Assembly (NCBI GenBank): GCA_016193335.1
Contig: JACPSK010000003.1
Span: 23,739 to 87,738, forward strand
Direction: 5' to 3'
Length of the DNA stretch: 64,000 bases
Source of the DNA: Candidatus Magasanikiibacteriota bacterium
Lineage (GTDB): Bacteria; Patescibacteriota; Patescibacteriia; Magasanikbacterales; UBA922
Positions 29,611-38,801 of this stretch are shown here, in pieces (the first letter of the stretch is position 1; the number at the start of each line of letters is the position of its first letter). Made by a program: the position numbers and the translations under genes. The notes beneath the pieces were generated by a model. It was not told where the DNA came from, did no database searches, and was given only the letters and a program-made list of their open reading frames with translations.

Positions 29611-29664
29611 GTTTACGACACCATTTTTTTACTTCAGGCCGTTCATTCATTTGGCTCATCAAAT

Positions 29665-29700
29665 AAAAAAGGACGGATACTCCGTCCTTTTTGCTTTTTT
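29665..29700. terminator. Bidirectional intrinsic terminator
   Basis: AAAAAAGGACGGA-TAC-TCCGTCCTTTTT between convergent genes. Confidence 0.8.
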
Positions 29701-30186
29701 CTATTTTATCTCCACTTCCATCTGTTCGCTGTACGCCGCGCATTCCTTGTCTATCACCACGCAGGCGCGGAGATATTTTTTACCCAAGGGAAGCCCGGTC
29801 CAAGTTTTTTCTTTATACGTTGGTCCGAGTTCATACCAATAGCCTTTGGTTGGCCATTCTGGATTTGCTTCGCTTGATAAGAGCAGGCGATAGCCGTCTG
29901 CGTCATCATCATAACTTTTTGCAGTGAGTAATTCTATTTCAAGAGTCCCATTTCCCACTGCCTCGGCCTTCGTTATTCTGATATCTCCGTTCGCGCTGCT
30001 TGTCCCTCCGGTTGCGGCTTCGGTATTGATAGTAGTGGTGAGCGGATCTGTTTTTGTTTCGGCCGATTTGCTGGCAGCTTTATTTTCCTCGCCATTGTTT
30101 GCGTTAGATCCTCCCTTAACGCATCCGGCTCCGGCAAGCAAGAGAAGTACTGAACATATTCCTAAGACTTTCCAAGTTTTTCTCAT
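29701..30186 (-). CDS. Putative lipoprotein, unknown function
   Basis: Lipobox-like LLLAGAGC, T/S/N-rich linker, small beta-rich domain with a Cys pair. Confidence 0.75.
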   Translation of the reverse strand: MRKTWKVLGICSVLLLLAGAGCVKGGSNANNGEENKAASKSAETKTDPLTTTINTEAATGGTSSANGDIRITKAEAVGNGTLEIELLTAKSYDDDADGYRLLLSSEANPEWPTKGYWYELGPTYKEKTWTGLPLGKKYLRACVVIDKECAAYSEQMEVEIK

Positions 30187-30342
30187 AAGAAATTTGCTTA
30201 ATAATATATGTATAGTATAGATTTCGGAGATGTTTTAGTCAAATGGGTCATGGATCGATCTTACTTGAGATTGATAGTCCGTTCACATTAATCGACGTAT
30301 GGTGTATACTAGCCTCAATTTAAATAATTTTGGTTTTTATAT

Positions 30343-31956
30343 ATGAAAAACTTTTTGCGTCCATATATTTTAGTTTTTGTTTTTTTGGCACTGTTTTATT
30401 TCATCCAAGAAGCCAATGCAGAAGTAAAACTTCCGTATTATCAGGCCTTAAGCGGGTACGGACAGTATGCCGCTTATGACAAAGGCGGTGATATTTATCT
30501 GTTTGATGCCGAAACAAAAACAGAGAAAAAAATAAATACTCACAATTCATTGAACGGATATGCTGGTATCACTGTTCTGTCCACGGGAGTATTCTGGGGA
30601 GAGGGTGCTGTGGGCGCGGATATTTATAGCTATGATTTTTTAACCCAGAAAACGAGCAAGTTACTCTCAACAACGGCAATAGGGACAATGGAAAAAAAGG
30701 CTGAACTTCGTTCATTTAGGATGTTGTCTCCGACATTTTTTGAGTATCGTCTTTTGCCGGCTGGTTCTGAAGATTCTGTGTATAGCAAAAATAAATATTA
30801 CAATATTGCCAATAAAAAAATTTACGGCCAAACCGATTTTGACGCAAATACGGCGCAAGGCACCAAAACGTACGGGGATGAATTTGAGATATTTAGATTG
30901 AATGCGGGAGAACCGTTTGGCGCGGGGCACATTTATGGTTTTTCCGTAGTTGCCGTAGACGGAGATGAATTGCTTATGTTCGGTTATGGCAATGACAATT
31001 CTGGCACCAAAGAAGGTGAGTATATTGAATACCGCATTCATAATCTAAGCAACGCCAACACACTACAATTTGGGTCTGCCAGCCAAAAAATTCTTTATAC
31101 CAGCTTTATTACCCCAAATAATCAATTTTCGTATACCAATTTTATATTTGGTCTTTCTGGGGATGAAAAAAATGGGACTGAATCATATTATCGTTTGGAT
31201 AGAAAATCGCCATATACATCTGAATTAGTTACTACACTAATTCAGTCTTCAAACAGCGGCTATACACAGGCACAGGCGTACGGAGCAGACTCCTTGGTTT
31301 GGGAGAAGACGAAGGGTTCGGGGATTCATCAATGGTATCGTGTGGATGATAAAAAAACCTGCATTTTGGCAAAATCACTTCCCGTACCGCCTAGCCTTAG
31401 GGTAGTAACTCGTAGTCATTTTTTTTGGCTTGAAGGAAACACAATAAAGGGGCAAAAGCTTGTTTGTCAGGGAGAAAATGTAAGCAATGTTCAAGAAAAT
31501 CAGAACAAAACGGCTGTGACTAAAGACCTTATCAAATCAAGTGCTTCTCCGGCCGTGTATTACTTGGGCGCGGATGGCAAACGTTATGTATTTTTCAATG
31601 CCGATTTATACTTTACCTGGTACAGTGATTTTTCATCCGTCAAAACCATCTCGCCAAATGAACTCAGTAACATCATGATTGGCGGGAATGTCACATACAG
31701 ACCGGGCACATTGGTAAAAATTCAAACTGACCCTCGTGTCTACGCCGTTGATCGCGGTGGAGTTTTGCGTTGGATAAATGGTGAACAAGTGGCTAAATCG
31801 ATTTTTGGATTGAATTGGGCCGCTAAAATAAAAGTAGTGCCCGATTTTCTGTTTACGAATTATCGCTTGGGGGATGCTATTTCTTCAAATAGTGACTTCA
31901 ATTCCGAGCAAGCCGAATCCGGTTCACCTGATATCAATACTGACAAAGGACTATAG
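30343..31956 (+). CDS. Secreted/surface protein, beta-propeller-like N-terminus plus CPR-type C-terminal repeat domain
   Basis: Signal peptide (ANA); C-terminal DLIK....AVYYLGADGKRYVF....YFTWY.DFS.V...RPGTLVKIQTDPRVYAV domain that I recognise from Parcubacteria surface proteins. Confidence 0.75.
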   Translation: MKNFLRPYILVFVFLALFYFIQEANAEVKLPYYQALSGYGQYAAYDKGGDIYLFDAETKTEKKINTHNSLNGYAGITVLSTGVFWGEGAVGADIYSYDFLTQKTSKLLSTTAIGTMEKKAELRSFRMLSPTFFEYRLLPAGSEDSVYSKNKYYNIANKKIYGQTDFDANTAQGTKTYGDEFEIFRLNAGEPFGAGHIYGFSVVAVDGDELLMFGYGNDNSGTKEGEYIEYRIHNLSNANTLQFGSASQKILYTSFITPNNQFSYTNFIFGLSGDEKNGTESYYRLDRKSPYTSELVTTLIQSSNSGYTQAQAYGADSLVWEKTKGSGIHQWYRVDDKKTCILAKSLPVPPSLRVVTRSHFFWLEGNTIKGQKLVCQGENVSNVQENQNKTAVTKDLIKSSASPAVYYLGADGKRYVFFNADLYFTWYSDFSSVKTISPNELSNIMIGGNVTYRPGTLVKIQTDPRVYAVDRGGVLRWINGEQVAKSIFGLNWAAKIKVVPDFLFTNYRLGDAISSNSDFNSEQAESGSPDINTDKGL

Positions 31957-32103
31957 GCGAAAGATATATACCGATAAGAGCAGCACGGATTTGTCGGGGG
32001 TCTTGTATTTGCCAACAAAACAGATTTTTAATTTGTTTTCTTTTATTTGATGTCGTGGGTTCCTAGAGCAAGATGATGTCTGCTTTACACTAAGCTCACT
32101 TGA

Positions 32104-32132
32104 TTGACATCGAGTGAGAAAAACGGTATGAT
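32104..32132 (+). promoter_or_regulatory. sigma70 promoter of uvrA-uvrC with overlapping palindrome
   Basis: TTGACA-N17-TATGAT; inverted repeat CTCACTTGAT-N4-ATCGAGTGAG at 32095-32118. Confidence 0.75.
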
Positions 32133-32227
32133 CCCCCCTTATTACCCCCTTTTTAGGGGGCTTTTGGGCTATTAACTCATGCCGTCAAGGTGGTTGGAAT
32201 TCTGTAATTTCTACCCTGTAACATACT

Positions 32228-34870
32228 ATGCAAAATAAAATCATTATAAAAGGCGCCCGTGAACATAATCTTAAAAACATCAATCTTGAATTGCCTCGCA
32301 ATAAAATGATTGTGTTTACCGGTCTCTCTGGCTCGGGCAAATCTTCTTTGGCTTTTGACACCATTTTTGCCGAAGGTCAGCGCAGATACATAGAGAGTTT
32401 GTCGGCTTATGCTCGGCAGTTTTTGGGCAATATGCAGAAACCGGACGTGGATGAAATCGAAGGTTTGTCCCCGGGCATTTCCATTGATCAAAAGGCCCAC
32501 GGCGCCAATCCACGTTCCACCGTGGCCACCATTACGGAGATTTATGATTATCTCAGGGTTCTCTTTGCCCGTATCGGACGCCCCTATTGCCCGCTATGCG
32601 GCCAAAAAATAGAGAAAATGGCTGTGGATGAAATTAAAGAACGGATTTTGTCTGATATAGAAATACATGGCCTGAGTTTAGTGAAAAAGAAATCTGAGCG
32701 CGAGTTGATTTTGTTTGCCCCGGTCGTGCGTGGCCGCAAAGGAGAATATTATCAGATGCTGTATGACATGTATAACAGTGGTTTTTTGGAAGTGCGCCTT
32801 GACGGTAGATTTAAAAGTTTGCGAGATAGGATAACTCTCTCAAAGCACAAAAAACACAATATAGATATTGTCATAGACAAGATTCCTCTTGCCGGAGGGC
32901 ATCTGGCATCTCATGATTCATCGCGGCTTGCCGAGGCCATTGAAACGAGTGTGGATTTGTCAAATGGTTTATGTTCCATCATATATCCCGACGGCTTTGA
33001 GCATATTTACAGCACCGAATATTCATGCCCGCGGGATGGCTTCAGTTTTCCTGAGATTGAACCCCGTCTTTTCAGTTTCAACAGTCCATACGGATATTGC
33101 GCATTGTGCACCGGACTAGGGACCAAGGAATTATTCAGTGAAGAAATCTGTCCCAGATGCGAAGGACGTCGTCTTAATGAGAACGCGCTCAGCGTGAAAA
33201 TTAATGAAAAAAATATCTGGGAATTGGTACATCTCAGCATAGACGAGGCTCAGATTTTTTTTGACACCTTGCATGTCATCCTTTCGGCGAAGGAAAAAGA
33301 AATAGCCGGGCCGGCGCTTAGAGAAATTCTCAATCGCTTGAGTTTTATGCACGACGTGGGGCTTCATTATCTTTCTTTGGAACGAAGAGCAGGCACCTTA
33401 TCCGGTGGAGAAGCTCAGCGCATCAGACTGGCTTCCCAAGTTGGCCAGCGCCTGGTGGGCGCCATGTATGTGCTTGATGAGCCAACCATTGGCCTGCACC
33501 AGCGGGATAATGACCAGCTTGTCTCCACCTTGCGCAATCTCTGCGACGCGGGGAACACCATTATCGTGGTGGAGCATGATGAAGATACTATTTTGGTCAG
33601 CGATTGGCTTGTGGACATAGGCCCGGGCGCCGGGTCTCACGGAGGAGAAGTGGTATATTCAGGTCCTTTGGATATCTTGCTGGACAAAGACACGAAAATA
33701 AAAAATGCTCGTTCGGCTCCGGCCACGGTGTTTGATTGCCAGATTGCCGGGAACGCGAAGGAATCGCTTACCGGTAGCTATCTTCGAGGGGACAAGAAGA
33801 TAGAAATTCCCAAACAGCGGCGGAAGGTTGACGCCCGTTCAACTTCATTTTTGAAAATAAAAGGAGCTCGTGAGCACAATTTGAAGAATATAAACGTAGA
33901 CATACCTTTGCGTCGTTTTTTGTGCCTTACCGGTGTGTCCGGATCAGGAAAATCCACGCTCATGAATGATATTTTGTATCGGTCAGTGGCCAATAAACTC
34001 AACCATGTAAACAAACGGGTGGGTGAACATTTGAGCGTGCAAGGCATGGAATATATAGATAAAATTATCCGTATAGATCAAAGCCCCATCGGGCGCACGC
34101 CGCGTTCCAATCCGGCTACCTATACCAAAGCCTATGATTTTATACGCGATCTGTTCTCCGCTACTCCGGAAGCAAGAATTCGCGGCTACAAAAAAGGCAG
34201 ATTCAGCTTCAACAGGCCGGGCGGACGTTGCGAAAATTGCGAAGGACGCGGTTCTCTGGAGATTGAAATGCATTTTTTGCCGAGTGTTGAAATAAGCTGT
34301 GATGTTTGCCGCGGTAAAAGATTCAACCATGAGACCCTTCAGGTGCATTATAATGGTAAAAATATTTTTGACGTTTTGAACATGACTATAGAACAGGCGG
34401 AAGATTTTTTTAAAGATATTCCGCCGATTTATGATAAGCTCAGGGTTCTCAATGAAGTGGGTTTGGATTATCTCACCCTTGGACAGTCTGCCACTACTTT
34501 ATCCGGAGGTGAAGCTCAGCGCATTAAACTCAGCAAAGAATTGGGGAAGAGAGATACTACCAAGACTTTGTATTTACTTGATGAACCCACTACGGGATTG
34601 CATTATGATGATGTGCGCAAATTGGTGGATGTTCTCCAGCGCTTGGTGTCGCGCGGCAACACCGTGATGGTGATAGAACATAATCTGGATCTTATCAAAT
34701 GCGCCGATTGGATCATTGATCTCGGCCCTGAGGGAGGAGACAAGGGAGGAGAATTGCTGAAAGCCGGTACTCCCGAGGAACTTTCTAGATATGCCAAGAG
34801 TTACACAGGACAATATCTCAAAAGATACTTTTATGACTCTTCGTCCGGCACACATAAAAAAACTTCCTGA
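32228..34870 (+). CDS. uvrA: Excinuclease ABC subunit A
   Basis: GAREHNLKN twice, GLSGSGKSS and [18 protein letters not shown] twice, zinc fingers. Confidence 0.98.
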   Translation: MQNKIIIKGAREHNLKNINLELPRNKMIVFTGLSGSGKSSLAFDTIFAEGQRRYIESLSAYARQFLGNMQKPDVDEIEGLSPGISIDQKAHGANPRSTVATITEIYDYLRVLFARIGRPYCPLCGQKIEKMAVDEIKERILSDIEIHGLSLVKKKSERELILFAPVVRGRKGEYYQMLYDMYNSGFLEVRLDGRFKSLRDRITLSKHKKHNIDIVIDKIPLAGGHLASHDSSRLAEAIETSVDLSNGLCSIIYPDGFEHIYSTEYSCPRDGFSFPEIEPRLFSFNSPYGYCALCTGLGTKELFSEEICPRCEGRRLNENALSVKINEKNIWELVHLSIDEAQIFFDTLHVILSAKEKEIAGPALREILNRLSFMHDVGLHYLSLERRAGTLSGGEAQRIRLASQVGQRLVGAMYVLDEPTIGLHQRDNDQLVSTLRNLCDAGNTIIVVEHDEDTILVSDWLVDIGPGAGSHGGEVVYSGPLDILLDKDTKIKNARSAPATVFDCQIAGNAKESLTGSYLRGDKKIEIPKQRRKVDARSTSFLKIKGAREHNLKNINVDIPLRRFLCLTGVSGSGKSTLMNDILYRSVANKLNHVNKRVGEHLSVQGMEYIDKIIRIDQSPIGRTPRSNPATYTKAYDFIRDLFSATPEARIRGYKKGRFSFNRPGGRCENCEGRGSLEIEMHFLPSVEISCDVCRGKRFNHETLQVHYNGKNIFDVLNMTIEQAEDFFKDIPPIYDKLRVLNEVGLDYLTLGQSATTLSGGEAQRIKLSKELGKRDTTKTLYLLDEPTTGLHYDDVRKLVDVLQRLVSRGNTVMVIEHNLDLIKCADWIIDLGPEGGDKGGELLKAGTPEELSRYAKSYTGQYLKRYFYDSSSGTHKKTS

Positions 34871-36101
34871 CGCGCCAGGGATTTATCTTTTTTATAATAC
34901 AAAAGGGATTTTGTTGTATGTGGGAAAGGCGACTTCGCTTCGGGACAGGGTGAACAGTTATTTTATTGGAAAGAGAAAAACATCACGGCCCATTGAAGAG
35001 CTCATTCATCATGTGGCGCGGATCGCGCATAAGCAGACTGATTCGGTGCTTGAGGCAGTGATTCTCGAGGCCAATTATATAAGAAAATATAAACCAAGAT
35101 ACAATGTACTCGGAAAAGACGATAAAAGCTGGAATTACATCGTTATCACAAAAGATCCCTTTCCTCTTGTTGAGACTCTGCGTCAACATGAATTCGTACT
35201 GCTCAAAAGTAAGAATACTAAGGCGTTCAAGCGTCTTGCTTATGTGTTTGGGCCTTATCCGGGTCTCAACTCCAAAGCGGCGATAAAGATTTTGCGCGGC
35301 TTGTTCCGTTTTTCAAACTGCCAAAAATCGTTTTCCCCGCGATACAAAAAGCAAAAATCCTGTCTCTATTATCAGATGGGAGAATGTTTGGGAGTCTGTA
35401 CCGGGGAAATAAGATCACAAGAGTATGCGGAAAGAGTGATTCGTCCTCTCGTCTCTTTTTTGAAGGGGCGCAAAAAATATCTCGTTTTTTCTCTAGAAAA
35501 AAAAATGCGAAGCGCCGCCCGACAACAGGATTTTGAAGAAGCGACTCGGATACGGGATCAGATTGTTTCTCTCAGACGTATTCAGGATATATCCTTGTTG
35601 AATACATATTTTTTCAATGAACCCGCTGGAGAGATCGGTTCTTCATCGATTGAAAGAATCGAGGGATACGATATATCCAATTTGGGATCTGTCGATAAAG
35701 TGGGGAGTATGGTTGTTTTTAATTCTCTTCATGCTTTGAGGTCGGATTATCGTAGATTCAAAATTAAGGGGGTGTCGGGGCAGAACGACCTTGCGTGTCT
35801 GGCTGAAGTTCTGGAACGGAGATTGACCCATGCTGAATGGCCCCTGCCCCATTTATTTTTGGTTGACGGCGGTCTGCCCCAAGTCAATGTAGCATCTCGT
35901 GTATTAAAAAAAAATAAAGTTAGTATCCCCATCATCGGCATAGCCAAAGGACCGGACCGGAAGAAAAATGAATTCATTATCAAAACAAAAGATAGAGAAC
36001 TCATAAAATGGATCGCGGCTCATAAACTTTTGCTTATTCGCGTGCGGGACGAGGCGCATCGCTTTGCCATACAGTACCAAAGAAAGCTGAGACAGATATA
36101 A
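34833..36101 (+). CDS. uvrC: Excinuclease ABC subunit C (short, lacks C-terminal HhH)
   Basis: GIY-YIG domain (PGIYLF...YVGKA..LRDRV.SYF), UVR domain, RNase H-like IEGYDIS / VDGG / RDEAHRFA. Confidence 0.9.
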   Translation: MTLRPAHIKKLPDAPGIYLFYNTKGILLYVGKATSLRDRVNSYFIGKRKTSRPIEELIHHVARIAHKQTDSVLEAVILEANYIRKYKPRYNVLGKDDKSWNYIVITKDPFPLVETLRQHEFVLLKSKNTKAFKRLAYVFGPYPGLNSKAAIKILRGLFRFSNCQKSFSPRYKKQKSCLYYQMGECLGVCTGEIRSQEYAERVIRPLVSFLKGRKKYLVFSLEKKMRSAARQQDFEEATRIRDQIVSLRRIQDISLLNTYFFNEPAGEIGSSSIERIEGYDISNLGSVDKVGSMVVFNSLHALRSDYRRFKIKGVSGQNDLACLAEVLERRLTHAEWPLPHLFLVDGGLPQVNVASRVLKKNKVSIPIIGIAKGPDRKKNEFIIKTKDRELIKWIAAHKLLLIRVRDEAHRFAIQYQRKLRQI

Positions 36102-36188
36102 TGTTTGATTCTGATCCCCACACTCTGTTTAGATATTATCATTGTCTAAAAATCAAAAATTATACATTTCAAATTTTCTCTTCCATCA

Positions 36189-36216
36189 AGAAGCCGGTCA
36201 TGCCGGTCTTTTTTTA
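36189..36216 (+). terminator. Putative terminator after uvrC
   Basis: AGAAGCCGG-TCATG-CCGGTCTTTTTTT. Confidence 0.5.
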
Positions 36217-36288
36217 CGTATCTTCATCGGGGCTCATTGTTGGTAAATATTTGGGATGGGGATAAGTATGGTTGTTTGGTATATAAAA

Positions 36289-36324
36289 GTGGTATATAAT
36301 GGATTTGTGTGGGGAAAAGTGGGG
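36289..36324 (+). promoter_or_regulatory. MraZ binding boxes
   Basis: GTGG/ATGG/GTGGG/GTGGG repeats at 10-bp spacing (36289, 36299, 36309, 36319) upstream of mraZ. Confidence 0.8.
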
Positions 36325-36400
36325 AAAATGCTTGTCTCTCTACTTAATTCATCAAGCTTTGTGAATGCACAGAGCTTAAGTCTTTTTCAGCTTCTTTCCT

Positions 36401-36832
36401 ATGTTTATTGGAGAGTATTCCCACAGTATAGATGAAAAAGGACGTTTGGCAGTGCCAAAGAAATTTCGTCATATCCTCTCAAAAGGCGCGGTCGTTACCA
36501 GGGGTTTGGACAATTGTCTTTTTTTGTACACCCAAGCCGAATGGAAGAAATTGGCTGATAAATTGGCGAATCTGCCTTTTGCCCAGGCAAATACACGAGC
36601 TTTTGCTCGGCTTATGTTGGCCGGAGCCATGGACGTGAAGCCGGATAAACAGGGGAGGATTATGCTTCCGGAATATTTAAGAAATTTTGCGGCTCTTTCC
36701 AAAGAAACCATTGTCGCCGGGTTGTATAATCGTTTGGAAATTTGGGATTCCAAAGCCTGGTCTGAATATACCAAGAAAACCGAGCAAGAAAGCTCAAAGA
36801 TCGCTGAGCAGATGTCTGAGTTGGGTGTTTAA
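36401..36832 (+). CDS. mraZ: Transcriptional regulator MraZ
   Basis: MFIGEY.HSIDEKGRLAVP and DKQGRI motifs. Confidence 0.97.
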   Translation: MFIGEYSHSIDEKGRLAVPKKFRHILSKGAVVTRGLDNCLFLYTQAEWKKLADKLANLPFAQANTRAFARLMLAGAMDVKPDKQGRIMLPEYLRNFAALSKETIVAGLYNRLEIWDSKAWSEYTKKTEQESSKIAEQMSELGV

Positions 36833-36860
36833 TTGAAGAGGAGAATTTTTATCCTGAGCT

Positions 36861-37787
36861 ATGAAGCATATCCCGGTTTTACTTGATGAGATTATTTTTT
36901 CCTTGGAGCTCAAGCCTGGCATGAACGTGGTGGACTGTACCATAGGTGATGCGGGGCACGCCGAAGGAATTTTGAAAGTCACGGCTCCACATGGGAGCCT
37001 GCTCGGTATAGACGCAGATCCTGAGAGCCTACTCCGTGCCAAGCAGTTCCTCTATGAGTATGGCCATAGGGTAACGCTTGTACGTAGTAATTTCTCAAAA
37101 TTCTCTTCTATACTCGATGAAGAAAAATTTGGCCCGGTGCATGCCGTGCTTTTGGATCTTGGCTGGTCTACACAGCAGTTTAAAGAACGCGGCAGGGGTT
37201 TCAGCTTTGAAAAGGATGAAGCTTTGGACATGAGATACGACAAGCAATCCACTGAAGAATTTTATGGCATGTCTTGCCCTACCGCGGCCGACCTTTTGAA
37301 TCGATTGGCTGAAAAAGAAATTGCGGATATTTTTAAGAGCTATGGTGAAGAAGCTTTGAACAAAGAGATTGCCGCGGCAGTGCTTGAATATCGCAGAAAT
37401 AAGGAAATCGCTCTTACTGGAGAACTTGTTGACATTATTGGCCGGGTTTATAAAAAAAAATTGGGTTCAAAAAAAGATATACCATGGATAGGCGGGATTC
37501 ATCCGGCAACCAAAGTATTTCAGGCTCTGCGCATTGCCGTGAACCAGGAGTTGACAATGCTCGAACGTGTCTTGCCCCAGGCCATTGACCGATTGGAATC
37601 AAGAGGACGTCTGGCGGTTATTAGCTTTCATTCTTTGGAAGATGGGATCGTGAAACACTTTTTCAAAAGACAGCAGGGCAAGACCCTAAACATAGTATAC
37701 AAAAAGCCAATCCGAGCCTCGGAAGATGAATTAGAAAGAAATCCATCTGCCAGGTCGGCAAAACTGAGAGTAGCTGAAAAATTATGA
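36861..37787 (+). CDS. rsmH: 16S rRNA m4C1402 methyltransferase
   Basis: Motifs HIPVLL.E, DCT.G..GH, DLG.S, RGFSF, FQALRIAVN, ISFHSLED, NP.ARSAKLR. Confidence 0.97.
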   Translation: MKHIPVLLDEIIFSLELKPGMNVVDCTIGDAGHAEGILKVTAPHGSLLGIDADPESLLRAKQFLYEYGHRVTLVRSNFSKFSSILDEEKFGPVHAVLLDLGWSTQQFKERGRGFSFEKDEALDMRYDKQSTEEFYGMSCPTAADLLNRLAEKEIADIFKSYGEEALNKEIAAAVLEYRRNKEIALTGELVDIIGRVYKKKLGSKKDIPWIGGIHPATKVFQALRIAVNQELTMLERVLPQAIDRLESRGRLAVISFHSLEDGIVKHFFKRQQGKTLNIVYKKPIRASEDELERNPSARSAKLRVAEKL

Positions 37788-38128
37788 ATGCTTATCTGAA
37801 AAAAAAGACTACCTTGCGTGAAAAAAAGATGCGCCTCAAGCGTTTCATGTATAGCGTCTCTTTTAGAGTAAGCATTCTGTTTTGTGTTTTTGTTTTTTCT
37901 TTTTTCTATATTTGGCAGACAAATTCTGTTTCAACTAAAGGATATGAAATGAGCGAACTTGAAGAAAATATCCAAGATCTAAGGCGAGAAAATAGAGAAA
38001 TTGAAGTCCGCATAGCAGAGAACACTTCCATGGAGGCCATTCAGCGGCGTTTGAAGAGTATGAATTTGGTGCCGGCGGGTAAGATTGTGTATCTTGTCCA
38101 AAGTAAACCGAGCGTGGCGCAGAGATAG
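37784..38128 (+). CDS. ftsL: FtsL-like cell division protein
   Basis: Basic N-terminus, one TM helix, leucine-zipper coiled coil; canonical position after rsmH. Confidence 0.65.
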   Translation: MNAYLKKKTTLREKKMRLKRFMYSVSFRVSILFCVFVFSFFYIWQTNSVSTKGYEMSELEENIQDLRRENREIEVRIAENTSMEAIQRRLKSMNLVPAGKIVYLVQSKPSVAQR

Positions 38129-38251
38129 TTTGCGCCTTGATAGTATTTTATTTTCTGTCTTTGAATTTTAATGAGAGGGCTTTGATCAGGAAAAGCGGCC
38201 TGACTTCATAATGTTGCTTTATCCACTGAGCTTAGCTCTATGAGTCCTTGT

Positions 38252-38279
38252 ACTCTCTTCGGAGAGTTTTTTATTTTTT
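38252..38279 (+). terminator. Intrinsic terminator ending mraZ-rsmH-ftsL
   Basis: ACTCTC-TTCG-GAGAGT followed by a T-rich tail. Confidence 0.75.
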
Positions 38280-38324
38280 CGTTTTTATGATACCATTATA
38301 AGATAAAGAAAAAGGATTTTTTTT

Positions 38325-38678
38325 ATGTTTTTACTTGCCTTGCGGCGTTTGGCTTTTGATGTGCTTATTGATTTTTTTCGTTTTCCTGTCTGGTGGTTTG
38401 GAGGCGGCTTGAAACGAAGTTTTTTATTTTGCCTTGATTTGTTTAAAGTCGCGAATGCCTATCTTGCCCCCGGGCTCTGGCTCGCCAATATATTTGTTCC
38501 CATGTACGGCCAGCGTGACATCCAAGGCAGAATCACCAGTTTTTTTGTGCGGCTGGTAAACGTCATATTCAGAAGTCTTCTCTTGTTTTGTTGGGCTTTA
38601 TTGTGTTTAAGTATTTTTGTGTTATGGATTTTTATTCTGCCTTTTGTATGTTACATGTTTATTATTTCACTCTGGTAG
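38325..38678 (+). CDS. Hypothetical membrane protein upstream of the Clp ATPase
   Basis: FP.WW..G...W..N.FVPMYGQ.D..GR..SFFVR pattern plus hydrophobic C-terminus. Confidence 0.75.
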   Translation: MFLLALRRLAFDVLIDFFRFPVWWFGGGLKRSFLFCLDLFKVANAYLAPGLWLANIFVPMYGQRDIQGRITSFFVRLVNVIFRSLLLFCWALLCLSIFVLWIFILPFVCYMFIISLW

Positions 38679-38801
38679 GATCGATTTTTGACATTGAATT
38701 GCCAAACTCCATACCTTGTTTCTCCACTGAAGGCAGCGAGCCTAAATAAGAAAAAATGAGAGAATGGGATTTCCTAATTCAAAGTCTTTAGCTTCCTTGC
38801 T

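Noticed and set aside
34833-36101. UvrC lacking the C-terminal HhH domain as a possible pseudogene
   Set aside because: Catalytic motifs are intact, no HhH remnant is evident after the stop, and a terminator follows; treated as a naturally short form
38176-38203. TCAGGAAAAGCGGCC resembles the SRP RNA core
   Set aside because: Lacks the helix-8 stem and GGAA tetraloop and the long closing helix
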